From assembly GCA_963785725.1 (NCBI GenBank), contig CAWAWS010000039.1:224001-288000 (forward strand): a DNA stretch of 64,000 nucleotides, in the 5' to 3' direction. The position numbers and the translations under genes were made by a program. This DNA is from an uncultured delta proteobacterium. GTDB lineage: Bacteria; Myxococcota_A; Polyangia; Palsa-1104. Below are positions 19,770 through 29,823 of this stretch, piece by piece (position 1 is the stretch's first letter; each line of letters begins with the position of its first letter). The notes under the pieces are model-generated. The model had not been told where the DNA came from. It did no database searches and worked only from the letters and a program-made list of their open reading frames with translations.

Positions 19770-20208
19770 GACCTTGGTAGTAACCGCCCGACCCTGCTGT
19801 GAAAGATAGGAGATCGCTGTAGCGCGGTCGTCGACATTCTCAACCAGGCGTTCTTGCGGCAGGGGCGGACACGCCCAAGTCGTCGCGACCGCTACCGCCC
19901 GGGGTAAGCAGCTTCGCCACCGCGTTCTTTCCACCTTGGTCCGATCGACCTGGTTCCCTGAATAGTCCGCTACGGTCCTTCGTCGCATGACTGGCTGCTC
20001 TAGCCAGCTCACGAGACTAGCGACGGCCTCCTCAATTAGTGAAGTGAGTCGCATCGAATTCATCGGCGCATTGTTTGCCAGCGACTGCACCAACGCCACG
20101 AGGGTCCGGTAGGCCTTTTCTCGGAGCAGAAAGTCGATCGAGGTCGCGCAAATCCGGAGTCACATAATGGCCTTCACCCGATCACCGTTCGAGGGCCCTA
20201 AGCGGACG

Positions 20209-21303
20209 ATGATGCTGCGTGCCTTGCTGTCGCTGCTGTTCGCCGCCGGCTGCGCTGCGCCCGGAGCCGATGCCGCGTCGCGACCACCGAGCGAGTATCA
20301 GGTCGGCGCCTACTACTTCGCTGGCTGGTGGTCCACGCCGGTTCCGTCGAACTACCTCACCAACCACACGACCGACTGGCGCCCGCAATACCCCGAGCGC
20401 GAGCCGGTGTTCGGCTGGTTCGACGATACCCAGGCTGCCGTCGACCAGGAGATTGCGCTCGCCGCCGATGGTGGCCTCGACTTCTTCGTATTCGACTATT
20501 ACGCCGAGGTTGGGCCGGGCAATCCCGGCGCCGCCGAGAATGCCAACAATGGGCTGAAGTATTATTTGACGTCGCCAAACAAGTCGCGTTTGCGATTCGC
20601 GGTCGTTTACGTCAACCACTCCTTTTCGCCGACGGCAAATTGGGACGCGAACGTGGCGGCCTGGATCGATTTGATGCGCGATCCGCAATATGTCTCGATC
20701 GCGGGGAGGCCGATTCTCATCGTCATTCGCCCCGACCTCTTACGCACTGCTTGGGGATCGGCCGCTGCTGCACGAGCGGCGCTCGATCGCTTGCGCGCGC
20801 AAGCGATCGCCGCCGGGCTGCCGTCGCCACTCATTGGCGGCGGCGCGGTCTACGAGGCGGGCGCCTACGCGAGCACGAGCGCCGCCGACGGCTACGACTT
20901 TCTCACCACCTACGCGCTCGACGTCGACGACACCACCATCTTCCCGTCGGTGCCGACCGACTATTCCGATATGACGCGCACCCAGACCGAGCTGTGGCGT
21001 GGGCTCGCGGCGGCGTCGCCGCTTCCTTACGTGCCATCGGCGCTCGCCGGCTGGGACGCGCGGCCGATCCCCGAAGGCACCAACTGGATCACCGGACAAA
21101 CGTCCGACGGCCTGCGTGCGCTGATCGTGGCCGAGCGTGATGCCATCGATCACCACGCCAACTTCCGCCTGCCGGCGCGCGATGGCTCCATCGGCGTGGC
21201 GCTGGTCTACGCTTGGAACGAGCTGAGCGAGGGTGGCTACATCGTGCCAACGCTGGCGCAGGGCGACGCCTACCTACGCTCGGTCACCGGCGTCTTCCGC
21301 TAA
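20209..21303 (+). CDS. GH99-like/WbsX-related glycoside hydrolase lipoprotein
   Basis: Lipobox FAAGC; VGAYYFAGW, GLDFFVFDYY, GWDARP and YAWNELSEGG. Confidence 0.8.
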   Translation: MMLRALLSLLFAAGCAAPGADAASRPPSEYQVGAYYFAGWWSTPVPSNYLTNHTTDWRPQYPEREPVFGWFDDTQAAVDQEIALAADGGLDFFVFDYYAEVGPGNPGAAENANNGLKYYLTSPNKSRLRFAVVYVNHSFSPTANWDANVAAWIDLMRDPQYVSIAGRPILIVIRPDLLRTAWGSAAAARAALDRLRAQAIAAGLPSPLIGGGAVYEAGAYASTSAADGYDFLTTYALDVDDTTIFPSVPTDYSDMTRTQTELWRGLAAASPLPYVPSALAGWDARPIPEGTNWITGQTSDGLRALIVAERDAIDHHANFRLPARDGSIGVALVYAWNELSEGGYIVPTLAQGDAYLRSVTGVFR

Positions 21304-21645
21304 GGGCCGCCGGAACGCTCGAGACGCGAGCCGTCTCTTACTGAGCCGGACAGCTATTGGGCACGTTGGCCCTCGCGCAAACCATTCTCGGGCTTCGCTG
21401 CCACGCGAATTGTTCGGCCGAGTCTCAGACGTCCATTGCCTTCCTACCTATAACCAGCGTCCGATCGCTCCCGCGTAAGCTCGACTCGAAACGAAGCGAA
21501 ATGTCGCGAACCTGGCACGTGCATGTGGGACTGGCGACGAGGGCGCAATGCTAACGCTAAGGCGCAATTGACCGCCTAACCGCTGCTGCGTTTGAATGGC
21601 GCCCGAAACGCGCACCGGCTCCCTACCGTTTTGCGGAGGCTCGCG

Positions 21646-23124
21646 ATGAAAGGCATCACGCGTCGGCAGGTGCTCGAAGGTCTCGGACTGGCGATCGGCT
21701 CGGCGACGTTGGGCGCCGCGTGCCACGACGGCCACGCCGGCGGCAACCAGGACGCAGGCGGCGGCATGCAAGGCGCGCCCGATCTGGCGACGGGCGCTGA
21801 CCAATCGGTGCCGCGTGACATGGCGATGGCGCGAGACGCCGCCGCACGTGACGCCGCCACCGCCCCCGACATGGCCGTGAGCGACCAGCAGCTGCTGGCG
21901 TCCATCGATAACATCGTCGTGCTGATGATGGAGAATCGCTCGTTCGATCATTATCTAGGCTCGCTCGCGCTCGATGAAGGGCGCCCGATCGACGGCCTGA
22001 CCGGCAACGAGTGGAATCCCGATCCCAACGGCAACAAAGTGTTCGTGGCGCCCTTGCCCAATCTGACGCCGGCCGATCCGCCGCACGATTGGGATCCGGC
22101 GCATCAGCAATGGGACAACGGCGCCAACGACGGCTTCGTCATCGCGCACGCCGGGGCCGATCAGAACGACGTCATGGGCTATTACATGCGTTCGCAGCTG
22201 CCGGTGACCTACGCGCTCGCCGACCAGTCGGCGGTCTGTCAGCGCTGGTTCTCGTCGCTGCTCGGTCCGACCTGGCCCAATCGCATGTTCCTGCATTGCG
22301 CGACCTCCAACGGCGTCACGACCAATATCCCGTCGACGGGCTCGCCGAGCATCTTCGATTCGCTCGATAACGCGGGAATATCGAATAAGAATTATTATTC
22401 GGATATCGCTTGGGCTTCCGGCGGATATCTCAAGCTCAACGGGCTGGCCACGATCGAGACCTATTTTTCGGACGCCGCGGCCGGCACGCTGCCCAGCTTT
22501 TCGATCATCGATCCGATGTTTCTCGGCGCCACGGCCAACGACGATCATCCGAGCCATGACGTCACGCTCGGGCAGACGCTCATCAGCACGGTGTTCGCGG
22601 CGCTGGCGGCCAGCCCGCAGTGGAATCGCTCGCTGTTCGTGCTGGTCTACGACGAAAACGGCGGCTTCTTCGACCACGTGCCGCCGCCCACGACGACCGA
22701 CGAGCGCACCGAATTCCAGCAGCTCGGCTTTCGTGTGCCGACGCTGGTGGCGGGTCCGTGCGTCAAGCGCGGCGCGGCCATCGACACCGTCTTCGACCAC
22801 GTGTCGGTGGCGGCCACCGTCGCGGCGCGCTGGGGGCTGCCGCCGCTCAACGCGCGTACGGCGGCGGCGAACACGCTCGCCAGCTGCATCGATCCCAGTC
22901 TACTCGGCAAGCCGCAAGCGCCGCCGAAGCTGCCGATGATGAAGATTCGTCGCTCACGCTTCGTCAACCGGCCGGCCTACAGCGGCGAGCATCCCGAGCT
23001 CGTGGATGCGCTCGAACGCGGGCACATTCCGCGGCGCTTCGATCGGCGCAGCCAGGCGCGCGCCATCACCGATCGCATCCTGGCCGAAGGCGTGCGCCTC
23101 GGCACGGTCCAGCTCCTCGACTGA
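21646..23124 (+). CDS. Phosphoesterase / phospholipase C family protein, Tat-exported lipoprotein
   Basis: TRRQVL twin-arginine signal with GAAC lipobox; MENRSFDHYLG, GPTWPNR, DDHP, YDENGGFFDHVPPP and GFRVP. Confidence 0.93.
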   Translation: MKGITRRQVLEGLGLAIGSATLGAACHDGHAGGNQDAGGGMQGAPDLATGADQSVPRDMAMARDAAARDAATAPDMAVSDQQLLASIDNIVVLMMENRSFDHYLGSLALDEGRPIDGLTGNEWNPDPNGNKVFVAPLPNLTPADPPHDWDPAHQQWDNGANDGFVIAHAGADQNDVMGYYMRSQLPVTYALADQSAVCQRWFSSLLGPTWPNRMFLHCATSNGVTTNIPSTGSPSIFDSLDNAGISNKNYYSDIAWASGGYLKLNGLATIETYFSDAAAGTLPSFSIIDPMFLGATANDDHPSHDVTLGQTLISTVFAALAASPQWNRSLFVLVYDENGGFFDHVPPPTTTDERTEFQQLGFRVPTLVAGPCVKRGAAIDTVFDHVSVAATVAARWGLPPLNARTAAANTLASCIDPSLLGKPQAPPKLPMMKIRRSRFVNRPAYSGEHPELVDALERGHIPRRFDRRSQARAITDRILAEGVRLGTVQLLD

Positions 23125-23214
23125 CGCCGCTCGCCGCGTCGGGGAGGCTCGCTTCCAACGACTGGCGGCGCGATGGCGGCGTCGCTTCGGACACCATCGC
23201 TCGAGCCGAAGCGC

Positions 23215-23583
23215 TCAGGGCCGCTGCGGAAACGGCTTGCCGTCGACCGGGCCGACGTCCATGCCGTCATACGTCTCGATGCCGCACGCCGTGGCGAAGC
23301 GATTGAGCTGTTGATTGCGCGCGTCGAGCGAGTCCACGTCATGTCGTTCGACGCGTTCGACATGCAGCACCCACGTCGGCGCCGGGCCGTCGTCAGGCGC
23401 GGCGTCCGCTTCGAAGAGCGCGACGAGGCGATAGCCGTCCTGCAAGAGATCGGGCACTGCCGACCGCAGCGTCTCCGGATCGCGATCGACGAAGAAGTAG
23501 CCCCACAGCAGCTCGCGCTCGGTGTCGACGCCATGATCGGCCGTCTGCGCGAATAGGGCGATTGCGGCGTTGCGGTCGATCAT
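23215..23583 (-). CDS. RraB / DUF695-like small protein
   Basis: LLWGYFF..LHVERVERHD..ETYDGMDVGP pattern. Confidence 0.75.
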   Translation of the reverse strand: MIDRNAAIALFAQTADHGVDTERELLWGYFFVDRDPETLRSAVPDLLQDGYRLVALFEADAAPDDGPAPTWVLHVERVERHDVDSLDARNQQLNRFATACGIETYDGMDVGPVDGKPFPQRP

Positions 23584-23820
23584 GGAGCCTCGCGTTTTCC
23601 GTCGTAACCGCGGCGAAGACGGTCTCGGCGACACCTAACATGCCTTCGCCGGGATCGTCCATGAGCTCGCTGTCGATTTCGATGACGCTGCCGACGGCGA
23701 TGAGCCCGCTTCATGTCGTCGAGCGGGCAAACTTGGGCGTGCTGCCGATGGCCTCGGCGACGTCCAATGGAACGCTCGACGAAGTGGCGCTGGTGACATG
23801 AGTGGCCACTGTTCGCGAGC

Positions 23821-23905
23821 TGTCCGGCTACCGGATCTATTCTTGCGCTGGGCTCGTCGAGAAATCACGGGTTACACGAAATGATCGCGCGGCACGAAAC
23901 CTGCT
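23821..23905 (+). promoter_or_regulatory. Sigma-54-type promoter with upstream palindromic activator site
   Basis: cGGCACgaaacctGCt (GG 23891, GC 23903); TGTCCGGctaCCGGA at 23821-23835; AT-richer aaatcacgggttac between them. Confidence 0.6.
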
Positions 23906-23917
23906 GAGCCCGCACGC

Positions 23918-24070
23918 ATGAACGCCGCTCGGCTCAAGTCGCAGCTTCGCCGTCGCGTGCGCGTGACGCGCCGGCCGCGACGGGCGAGCCGCCTCTTGAC
24001 CTTGGTGGTCGTGCTGCTCGGCTTCGCTTCCTTTTATATGTGCTGCGAACGCGACGTCTACGGCGCGTCA
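23918..24070 (+). CDS. Putative small single-pass membrane protein (3' end uncertain; the frame stays open antisense to 26587)
   Basis: MNAARLKSQLRRRVRVTRRPRRASR-LLTLVVVLLGFASFYMCC: basic region plus TM helix directly after the sigma-54-type site, filling an otherwise empty gap. Confidence 0.4.
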
Positions 24071-25204
24071 GTTCGGCGCAGCCGCAGCGTCGGGCAAATC
24101 GTAAACTTCGAGCGTCACGCCGCCGCGATCGAACCCTTTGCCTTTGCGCATGAGCAGCAGCCGATTCCCGACAATGCGCCAGCTCGACGGTCGCTGCTGA
24201 CCGGGCAGCCGCAGCCACAAGGTCGCCGCCAACGTCTTGCGATCGATGGCGTAGAGGTCGAGATCGTCGACGTCCGCCTTCTGCCGTTTGACCGCATCGG
24301 GATTGACCGGATCGATCGTCAACGAGACCGCGAGCTTTTGCCCATCGAGCAGCTGAAAGCCAAGCGTCGCCGGGTCGTATTTGTCGAGCGCGCGCGGCAA
24401 AGTCAGCTCGCGATCGACCGCGCCATCGAGCAGGAGCAGCTGCTTCCGATCTTCGGACCAATGGACGATGACCGGCTGATTCGCCGTCTCCCGTCGCAGC
24501 AGCGCCACTTTCGTGAACGCCATCACGTCCTCGACCTCTTTCTCCTCGAGGACTTTGCCGGTGAAGGCGTCGAGCTTGACCGAGCGATCGGGCCGGCGGA
24601 TGTCATGCGCTTTGTCGTACTCGCCCGCGCGCGACGCGACCAGCGCCGTAAAATCGTCCGCCCACCACAGCGGCTTGACGACGAGCGGCCCTTGTTTGAT
24701 CTGCCCTTCGTTGTCCTCTTTCCAGCTGCGCTTCTTGATCGGCCGAAAATTGTCGACGGAATAAGCCACGAGCGTATGCTCCACGCCGGCCTTCTCGACG
24801 CGCGTATAGGTCACGATCGCCGCTTTGCCGCCGACTTTCCCGATCGCCAGCTGCCCGAACGGCCCGAGCGTCTGCGCACCGGCGCCCGCCTGAGTGAACA
24901 CTTGCGCGGTCGCCGCGCCGTCATGCGCCCGCACGATCAAGACGCGCGCCGGTCCCAGCCAATAAATGGCGCTGGCGTCGATGGGCGCGCCTTCGATCGC
25001 CGTGTCCGCGCCGCCGACATCGGCCAAGTGCAGCGTCGCCTTCGTCGCGCCGTCGGTCGTGATGAACGCGGCCGCCTTGCCGTCGCTGCGCAGCGCGTAG
25101 CCGTCATCGATGAAGCCGCCGGCGCCGGCATCCCAGTGAGCGATGGGCGCCGCCGCGGCGACCGCGCCGCCGAGCACGACCGACAAAGCAGCAACGATGC
25201 GCAT
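24068..25204 (-). CDS. Hypothetical exported protein, beta-rich (propeller-like)
   Basis: Signal peptide; clean ORF, last gene of the hslO-psuG-rluA run. Confidence 0.75.
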   Translation of the reverse strand: MRIVAALSVVLGGAVAAAAPIAHWDAGAGGFIDDGYALRSDGKAAAFITTDGATKATLHLADVGGADTAIEGAPIDASAIYWLGPARVLIVRAHDGAATAQVFTQAGAGAQTLGPFGQLAIGKVGGKAAIVTYTRVEKAGVEHTLVAYSVDNFRPIKKRSWKEDNEGQIKQGPLVVKPLWWADDFTALVASRAGEYDKAHDIRRPDRSVKLDAFTGKVLEEKEVEDVMAFTKVALLRRETANQPVIVHWSEDRKQLLLLDGAVDRELTLPRALDKYDPATLGFQLLDGQKLAVSLTIDPVNPDAVKRQKADVDDLDLYAIDRKTLAATLWLRLPGQQRPSSWRIVGNRLLLMRKGKGFDRGGVTLEVYDLPDAAAAPN

Positions 25205-25219
25205 GATTTCGTTGTGTGG

Positions 25220-26098
25220 CTAGGTCAGCGAGCTTGTCAAGTTTGCGACCAGCTGCGTGAAGTCGCGCGGCGTCGGCGAATGCACCTTCACGATCGAGCG
25301 ATCGAGCGGATGCGGCAGCTCGAGCGCATAGCCGTGCAAGCACAAGCGCGTGAACGTCGAGCCGCCGTAAGCCGTGTCACCGACGAGCGGATGGCCGATC
25401 GCCGCCAAATGGACGCGCAGCTGATGCGTTCGCCCGGTGTCGAGCCGCAGCTCGACGGCCGTCAGCGGCCGACCGTCACGCACGCCGTGCCCGAGCGCGC
25501 GATAGATCGTATGCGCCGTTTCGCCTGCCGGCGCGTTCTCCGGCAGCGCCGCGCGCAGCCGCGTGTCTTTAGCGTGCCGGCCGATACGCAGCCGAATATG
25601 CCCGTCGCCGCGCAGCTCACCGTCAACGAGCGCCACATAGCGCCGCTCAATCTCGCCCGCCGCCAGCGCGTCTTGCAGCGGCGCCCGCGCGTCCGGCTTG
25701 CGCGCGAAGAGCACGAGCCCCGACGCCTCCTTGTCGAGCCGATGAATGAGGCGCACGTCGTCGCCAAACCGCCGCTGCACGAGCGCGTCGAGCGCATGCG
25801 CCGACTGCGAACGCTCCGCCTGCGACGGCAGCCCGACCGGCTTGTCGACGACGACGAACCATGGATCTTGCAGCACCGTCTGCAGCCGCGGCAGCGCTTC
25901 GCCCGGCTGCTGAAACACCGTGATCTTGTCGCCGACCGCGAGCTTGACGTCCGTCGCCACGCGCTTGCCGTTGACGTAAATGCAGCCCGCGCTCATGAGC
26001 CGGACGATCTCCGCCGCGTCGACTTCCAGCCGCGGCGTCAGGATCTGCACGAGCTCGACGGGATCGTTCGAAAAGCGCGTATAGACGCGTTTCGCCAT
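25220..26098 (-). CDS. RluA/RluD-family 23S rRNA pseudouridine synthase with S4-like N-terminus
   Basis: VVDKPVG, IHRLDKEASG, TGRTHQLRVH, GHPLVGD..YG and RLCLH. Confidence 0.95.
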   Translation of the reverse strand: MAKRVYTRFSNDPVELVQILTPRLEVDAAEIVRLMSAGCIYVNGKRVATDVKLAVGDKITVFQQPGEALPRLQTVLQDPWFVVVDKPVGLPSQAERSQSAHALDALVQRRFGDDVRLIHRLDKEASGLVLFARKPDARAPLQDALAAGEIERRYVALVDGELRGDGHIRLRIGRHAKDTRLRAALPENAPAGETAHTIYRALGHGVRDGRPLTAVELRLDTGRTHQLRVHLAAIGHPLVGDTAYGGSTFTRLCLHGYALELPHPLDRSIVKVHSPTPRDFTQLVANLTSSLT

Positions 26099-27026
26099 TT
26101 AGTGCGACGGCAACGGCGGCAGCTGACTCAGCGCCAACGCCAATTCGGCCCCAAAGCTGGCGTTGTTGAGCGCGAGAATGCGATTGGCGGCGAGGCTGCG
26201 CTTTTGCGTCGCGCGCGAGACGAACGCCAGCAGATGCGGCGTCAGCGCCTTGCCGCGAATGCCGTTGCGCGTCGCGTCGGCCAGCGCCTCGTCGACGGCG
26301 TGCTGAATCAGCTCGACGTCGAGCGCGTGCGCCTTCGGAATCGGGTTCGCGATCAGCATTCCGGCTTGACCGAGCGTCCAGTGCGCATGACAGACGCGCG
26401 CACCTTCGTCGGGCGAGTCGATGCGATGCTCGAGCTTGAGCCCGCTCGTATACGTATAAAACGCCGGGAATTCGTTGGTTCTCACGCCGATGACCGGCAC
26501 CGCCAGCGTCTCCAACATCTCGAGCGTCCGCGGCAGATCGAGGATCGACTTACAGCCCGCCGACACGACCGCGATCGGCTCGCGTGACAGCGTCGTCAGA
26601 TCGCTCGACACGTCGCCGTCGTCGCCGCGATGGACGCCGCCGATGCCGCCGGTCGCGAAGACGCGAATGCCGGCGCGCGCGGCCGCGAAGGCTGTCGCCG
26701 AGACCGTCGTCGCGCCGCTTTCGCCGCGCGCACACAACAGGCCCAAGTCGGCGACGCCGGCCTTGCGCCAACGATCGGGTCCGCTGGCGCGCGCCATCGC
26801 CTCCAACGTCGCACCGTCGATGCCGACGATGATGCGCCCGCTGACGACGGCGATCGTCGCCGGCACCGCGCCATGCCGCCGCACTTCTTCCTCGAGCGCG
26901 CGCCCGACATCGAAGTTCTCCGGCCACGGCAGCCCATGCGCGACGATCGTCGACTCCAGCGCCACGACCGGCTTGCCCTCCGCTCAGCGCGGTCCGGACC
27001 TCGTCCGAAATCTGCAACAGTTCCAT
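26099..27026 (-). CDS. psuG: Pseudouridine-5'-phosphate glycosidase, apparent frameshift near 26980
   Basis: MELLQISDEVRTAL (one frame) joins KPVVALESTIVAHG, GATTVSAT, FATGGIGGVHRG and DVSSDL (next frame). Confidence 0.92.
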
Positions 27027-27926
27027 TTAGTTCGGCTCTCGCGGCTTATCGGCGACGGCGCGAATCCGCTCCAGCTCCGGCTTCTCGACCCGATATTTCG
27101 TGCTGCAGTAATTGCAGACGACTTCCGCCGGCTTGTTCTCTGCGATCATTTCGTCGAGCTCTTTGGTCCCGAGCATCGCCAACAGGTTCGCAATTCGCTC
27201 CGGCGTGCAGTGGCATTGGAAGCGTAGCAGCCGCTCGTCGCCGATAATCTCCAAGCCCGGTCCCCAAATCGCCTCGCCCATCGCCTGCGTCGAACGCTCG
27301 CCCGCGGCCAACAGGTCGTACAGCCGACCGCCGCGCAGCATGCCCTGCGCGATGACCACTGCATCGGGCTCGCCGCCCGGCATCGCCTGCACGAGCACGC
27401 CCGCCGCCGCCACGACGGCACCGCGCTCGTCGAGCACGACCTCGCAGCCCAACGCCGACGGCACCTGCTCGCTGATCTGCAGATAATTCTCGACATCCTC
27501 GTCGACTTCGCCGGTCACGAGCGCCGTCTGCCCTTGGTACAGATCTTTGAGCCCCAAGTCGCGCAACAGGCTGACGACGCCTTTCTTGCCGACGAGCTCG
27601 CCGATCTGCTGTCTTCCCGCCGGCAAGATCAGGTTGGCCTCGGGATGCGAGACATAGCCGCGCACTTCACCGGCGCCGTTGGCGTCGACGGTGATCGAGC
27701 CGAGCGGCCCGTTGCCGAGAATCTGCAAGGTGACGCGCTCTTTGCCCTTGGTCAGCGTCGCCAAGAGGAGCCCGGCGGTCAGCCCGCGCCCGAGCGCCAC
27801 GGTGGCTGCCGGCGAGAGGTGGTGGCCGCGCGCAGCTTCAGCGACCAGAGAAGTTGTAAGCACCGTCGCCACACGCACATGAGACTCGCGAGCGATAGCG
27901 CGGATCAGGTGATCCGAAGCAGTCAT
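27027..27926 (-). CDS. hslO: Hsp33 redox-regulated chaperone
   Basis: YLQISEQVPS, AGVLVQAMPG and the C-terminal CHC..CNYC zinc motif. Confidence 0.95.
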   Translation of the reverse strand: MTASDHLIRAIARESHVRVATVLTTSLVAEAARGHHLSPAATVALGRGLTAGLLLATLTKGKERVTLQILGNGPLGSITVDANGAGEVRGYVSHPEANLILPAGRQQIGELVGKKGVVSLLRDLGLKDLYQGQTALVTGEVDEDVENYLQISEQVPSALGCEVVLDERGAVVAAAGVLVQAMPGGEPDAVVIAQGMLRGGRLYDLLAAGERSTQAMGEAIWGPGLEIIGDERLLRFQCHCTPERIANLLAMLGTKELDEMIAENKPAEVVCNYCSTKYRVEKPELERIRAVADKPREPN

Positions 27927-27979
27927 GACTATCGAGATCATAGCAGATTGACGGCGACGCCCAGGCCGACGATGCTCCT

Positions 27980-28171
27980 ATGGTGCGGCTTCCCTGGACG
28001 CCCGAATTCGACGCTGAGCGCGAGCGATTCGCCTTCCGCTTCTGCTGCGAGGACTGCGCGCATTTCGACGCCGCGCACGAGCGCTGTCGTCACGAATGGC
28101 CCAACGAGCTGCATCGCGAGCGCGAACGGCCGCCAATCCTCGACTTCTGCAAGGAGTTCGAGCTGTGCTGA
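27980..28171 (+). CDS. 63-aa Cys/His-rich probable metal-binding microprotein
   Basis: FRFCCEDCAHFD..RCRHEWP..FCKEFELC; its stop overlaps the GTG of the next gene. Confidence 0.7.
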   Translation: MVRLPWTPEFDAERERFAFRFCCEDCAHFDAAHERCRHEWPNELHRERERPPILDFCKEFELC

Positions 28172-29820
28172 CCGGCAACGAGGCGTTGGCGCGCGCGCTG
28201 TCGACGGCACGGATTCGCAGCGCGTGGTCCTTCCCCGGCTCGCCGCTGACGAAGCTGGAGCTGCTGCTCGACGGTCGCGGCGCGCCCGGGGTCAACCATC
28301 GCTTCACCGTCAACGAGCACGTGGCGATGTCGCTGGCGCTCGGTGGCGCGCTCTTGTCCGGCCACGGGACGTGCGCGCTCATGAAGCATGTCGGGATCAA
28401 TGTGGCGCTCGACACCTTGGCGACCTTCGGGCTCGTAAACGAGCTGCGTTCGCCGTCGCTCATCATCGAAGGCGTCGATCCCGGGCCGGTCTCGTCGCAG
28501 AACGCGCAGGACAATCGCGGGGCGCTGACGGATCTGGCGCATCTGCTGCAGCTCGAAGCCGGCTCGCCAGACGAGGTTTACCAGCTGACGCGTCTGGCCG
28601 CGAGCGTCTCCCATCGCACGGGAATGCCGGTGTTGCTGCGGGTTCACGAGCGCGCGCTCAACCATCGCGGCGACGTGTTCGAGGCGCCGCCCGAGCTGCC
28701 GGAAGGCTCGCTGATGACGTTTTCGCGCGCCGCCGGGCCGTTCATCTCGACGGCGGCGACCTATCGCTATCACGTCGACAAGCGCGCGCGGCGGTTGCGT
28801 CAGCTCCAGCCGCTCGTCGACGCGCTGACGGTGCGGACGTTCGGTGAAGGCAACCAAGCCGTCGTTTTATCGGGCACGCTCGGGCCGCTGGCGCACGCGC
28901 GCTCGTGGGCGCGCCGGCTCTCGACGGTGCGGCTGGCGGCGTCGTGGCCGTTGCCGCGGCAGACGTTGATCGAGCTGATGAAAGGGCGCGACGAGCTGTT
29001 GGTCCTCGAAGAGGGCGAGCCGTTCCTCGAGCGCGAGCTGCAGGCGTTCGCGCATCGCGAGTCGCTGGCCTGTCGCGTGCGCGGATCGGGCGACACGCGG
29101 CCGCAGAAGCTCGACGACGAACGCATCGATACGCTGCTCAGCCGCTTCGGCGGTCGGGTCAGAGCGGACGTCGACCCGGTCGTGCGCGCGCCGGCCGATT
29201 GGCGCGATGCCGCCGAAGCGCTGGCGAGCTTGGGCGACGACGATGGCGAGCCGTGGCCGCTGCATGTCGCTCGTTCGCGCGCGAAAATGAAGGCGTTTTC
29301 GCCGAACGATCCGCGCGTGACGCTGCTGACGAGCCTGCGCAAGCTGGAGCGGCCGACCATCATCGTCGGCGATCCGGGGACGACGGGCGTGCTCGGCATT
29401 CGCGATCGGCTCGTCGACGTCAAGATGCACATGGGCTCGGCGGCGCCGATCGCAGGCGCGCTGGCCGATGCGTCCGAAGTCGAGGAGCAAGCCGGTGCGC
29501 CGCTGGCCGTGGCGTTGATCGGCGATACGAATCATTACCATTCGGAGCTGTTGGGCGTGCTCGACAACGCTATCGCCAAGCGGGAAGTGCTGCACGTGCT
29601 CGTCGTCAATCGGCGCTCGGAGATGACGGCAGGCGTGAAGACGCCCTATTTGACCGACGATGCGCTGGAGACGCAGCTGCGCTCGGCCGGTCTGCATGTG
29701 GCGACGGCGTCGCTCGACGATCCGGGCTTGGCCGCGGCGGTCGCCTATTCGGCGTCGCGGCACGGGCCGCGCGCGCTCGTTTGCTATGGCGCGACGCGCG
29801 CCGAAGAGGTCGAAGGCTAG
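28165..29820 (+). CDS. IorA-like (indolepyruvate:ferredoxin oxidoreductase alpha) ThDP-binding protein lacking Fe-S motifs
   Basis: LTGNEALARA, FPGSP, VNEHVA, MKHVGINVA, DPG..SSQNAQDNR, VLEEGEPFLE and IGDTNHYHS..N..MT. Confidence 0.85.
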   Translation: MLTGNEALARALSTARIRSAWSFPGSPLTKLELLLDGRGAPGVNHRFTVNEHVAMSLALGGALLSGHGTCALMKHVGINVALDTLATFGLVNELRSPSLIIEGVDPGPVSSQNAQDNRGALTDLAHLLQLEAGSPDEVYQLTRLAASVSHRTGMPVLLRVHERALNHRGDVFEAPPELPEGSLMTFSRAAGPFISTAATYRYHVDKRARRLRQLQPLVDALTVRTFGEGNQAVVLSGTLGPLAHARSWARRLSTVRLAASWPLPRQTLIELMKGRDELLVLEEGEPFLERELQAFAHRESLACRVRGSGDTRPQKLDDERIDTLLSRFGGRVRADVDPVVRAPADWRDAAEALASLGDDDGEPWPLHVARSRAKMKAFSPNDPRVTLLTSLRKLERPTIIVGDPGTTGVLGIRDRLVDVKMHMGSAAPIAGALADASEVEEQAGAPLAVALIGDTNHYHSELLGVLDNAIAKREVLHVLVVNRRSEMTAGVKTPYLTDDALETQLRSAGLHVATASLDDPGLAAAVAYSASRHGPRALVCYGATRAEEVEG

Positions 29821-29823
29821 GGC

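Noticed and set aside
21513..21528. Sigma-54 promoter upstream of the phosphoesterase
   Set aside because: TGGCAC is present but there is no GC at the -12 position.
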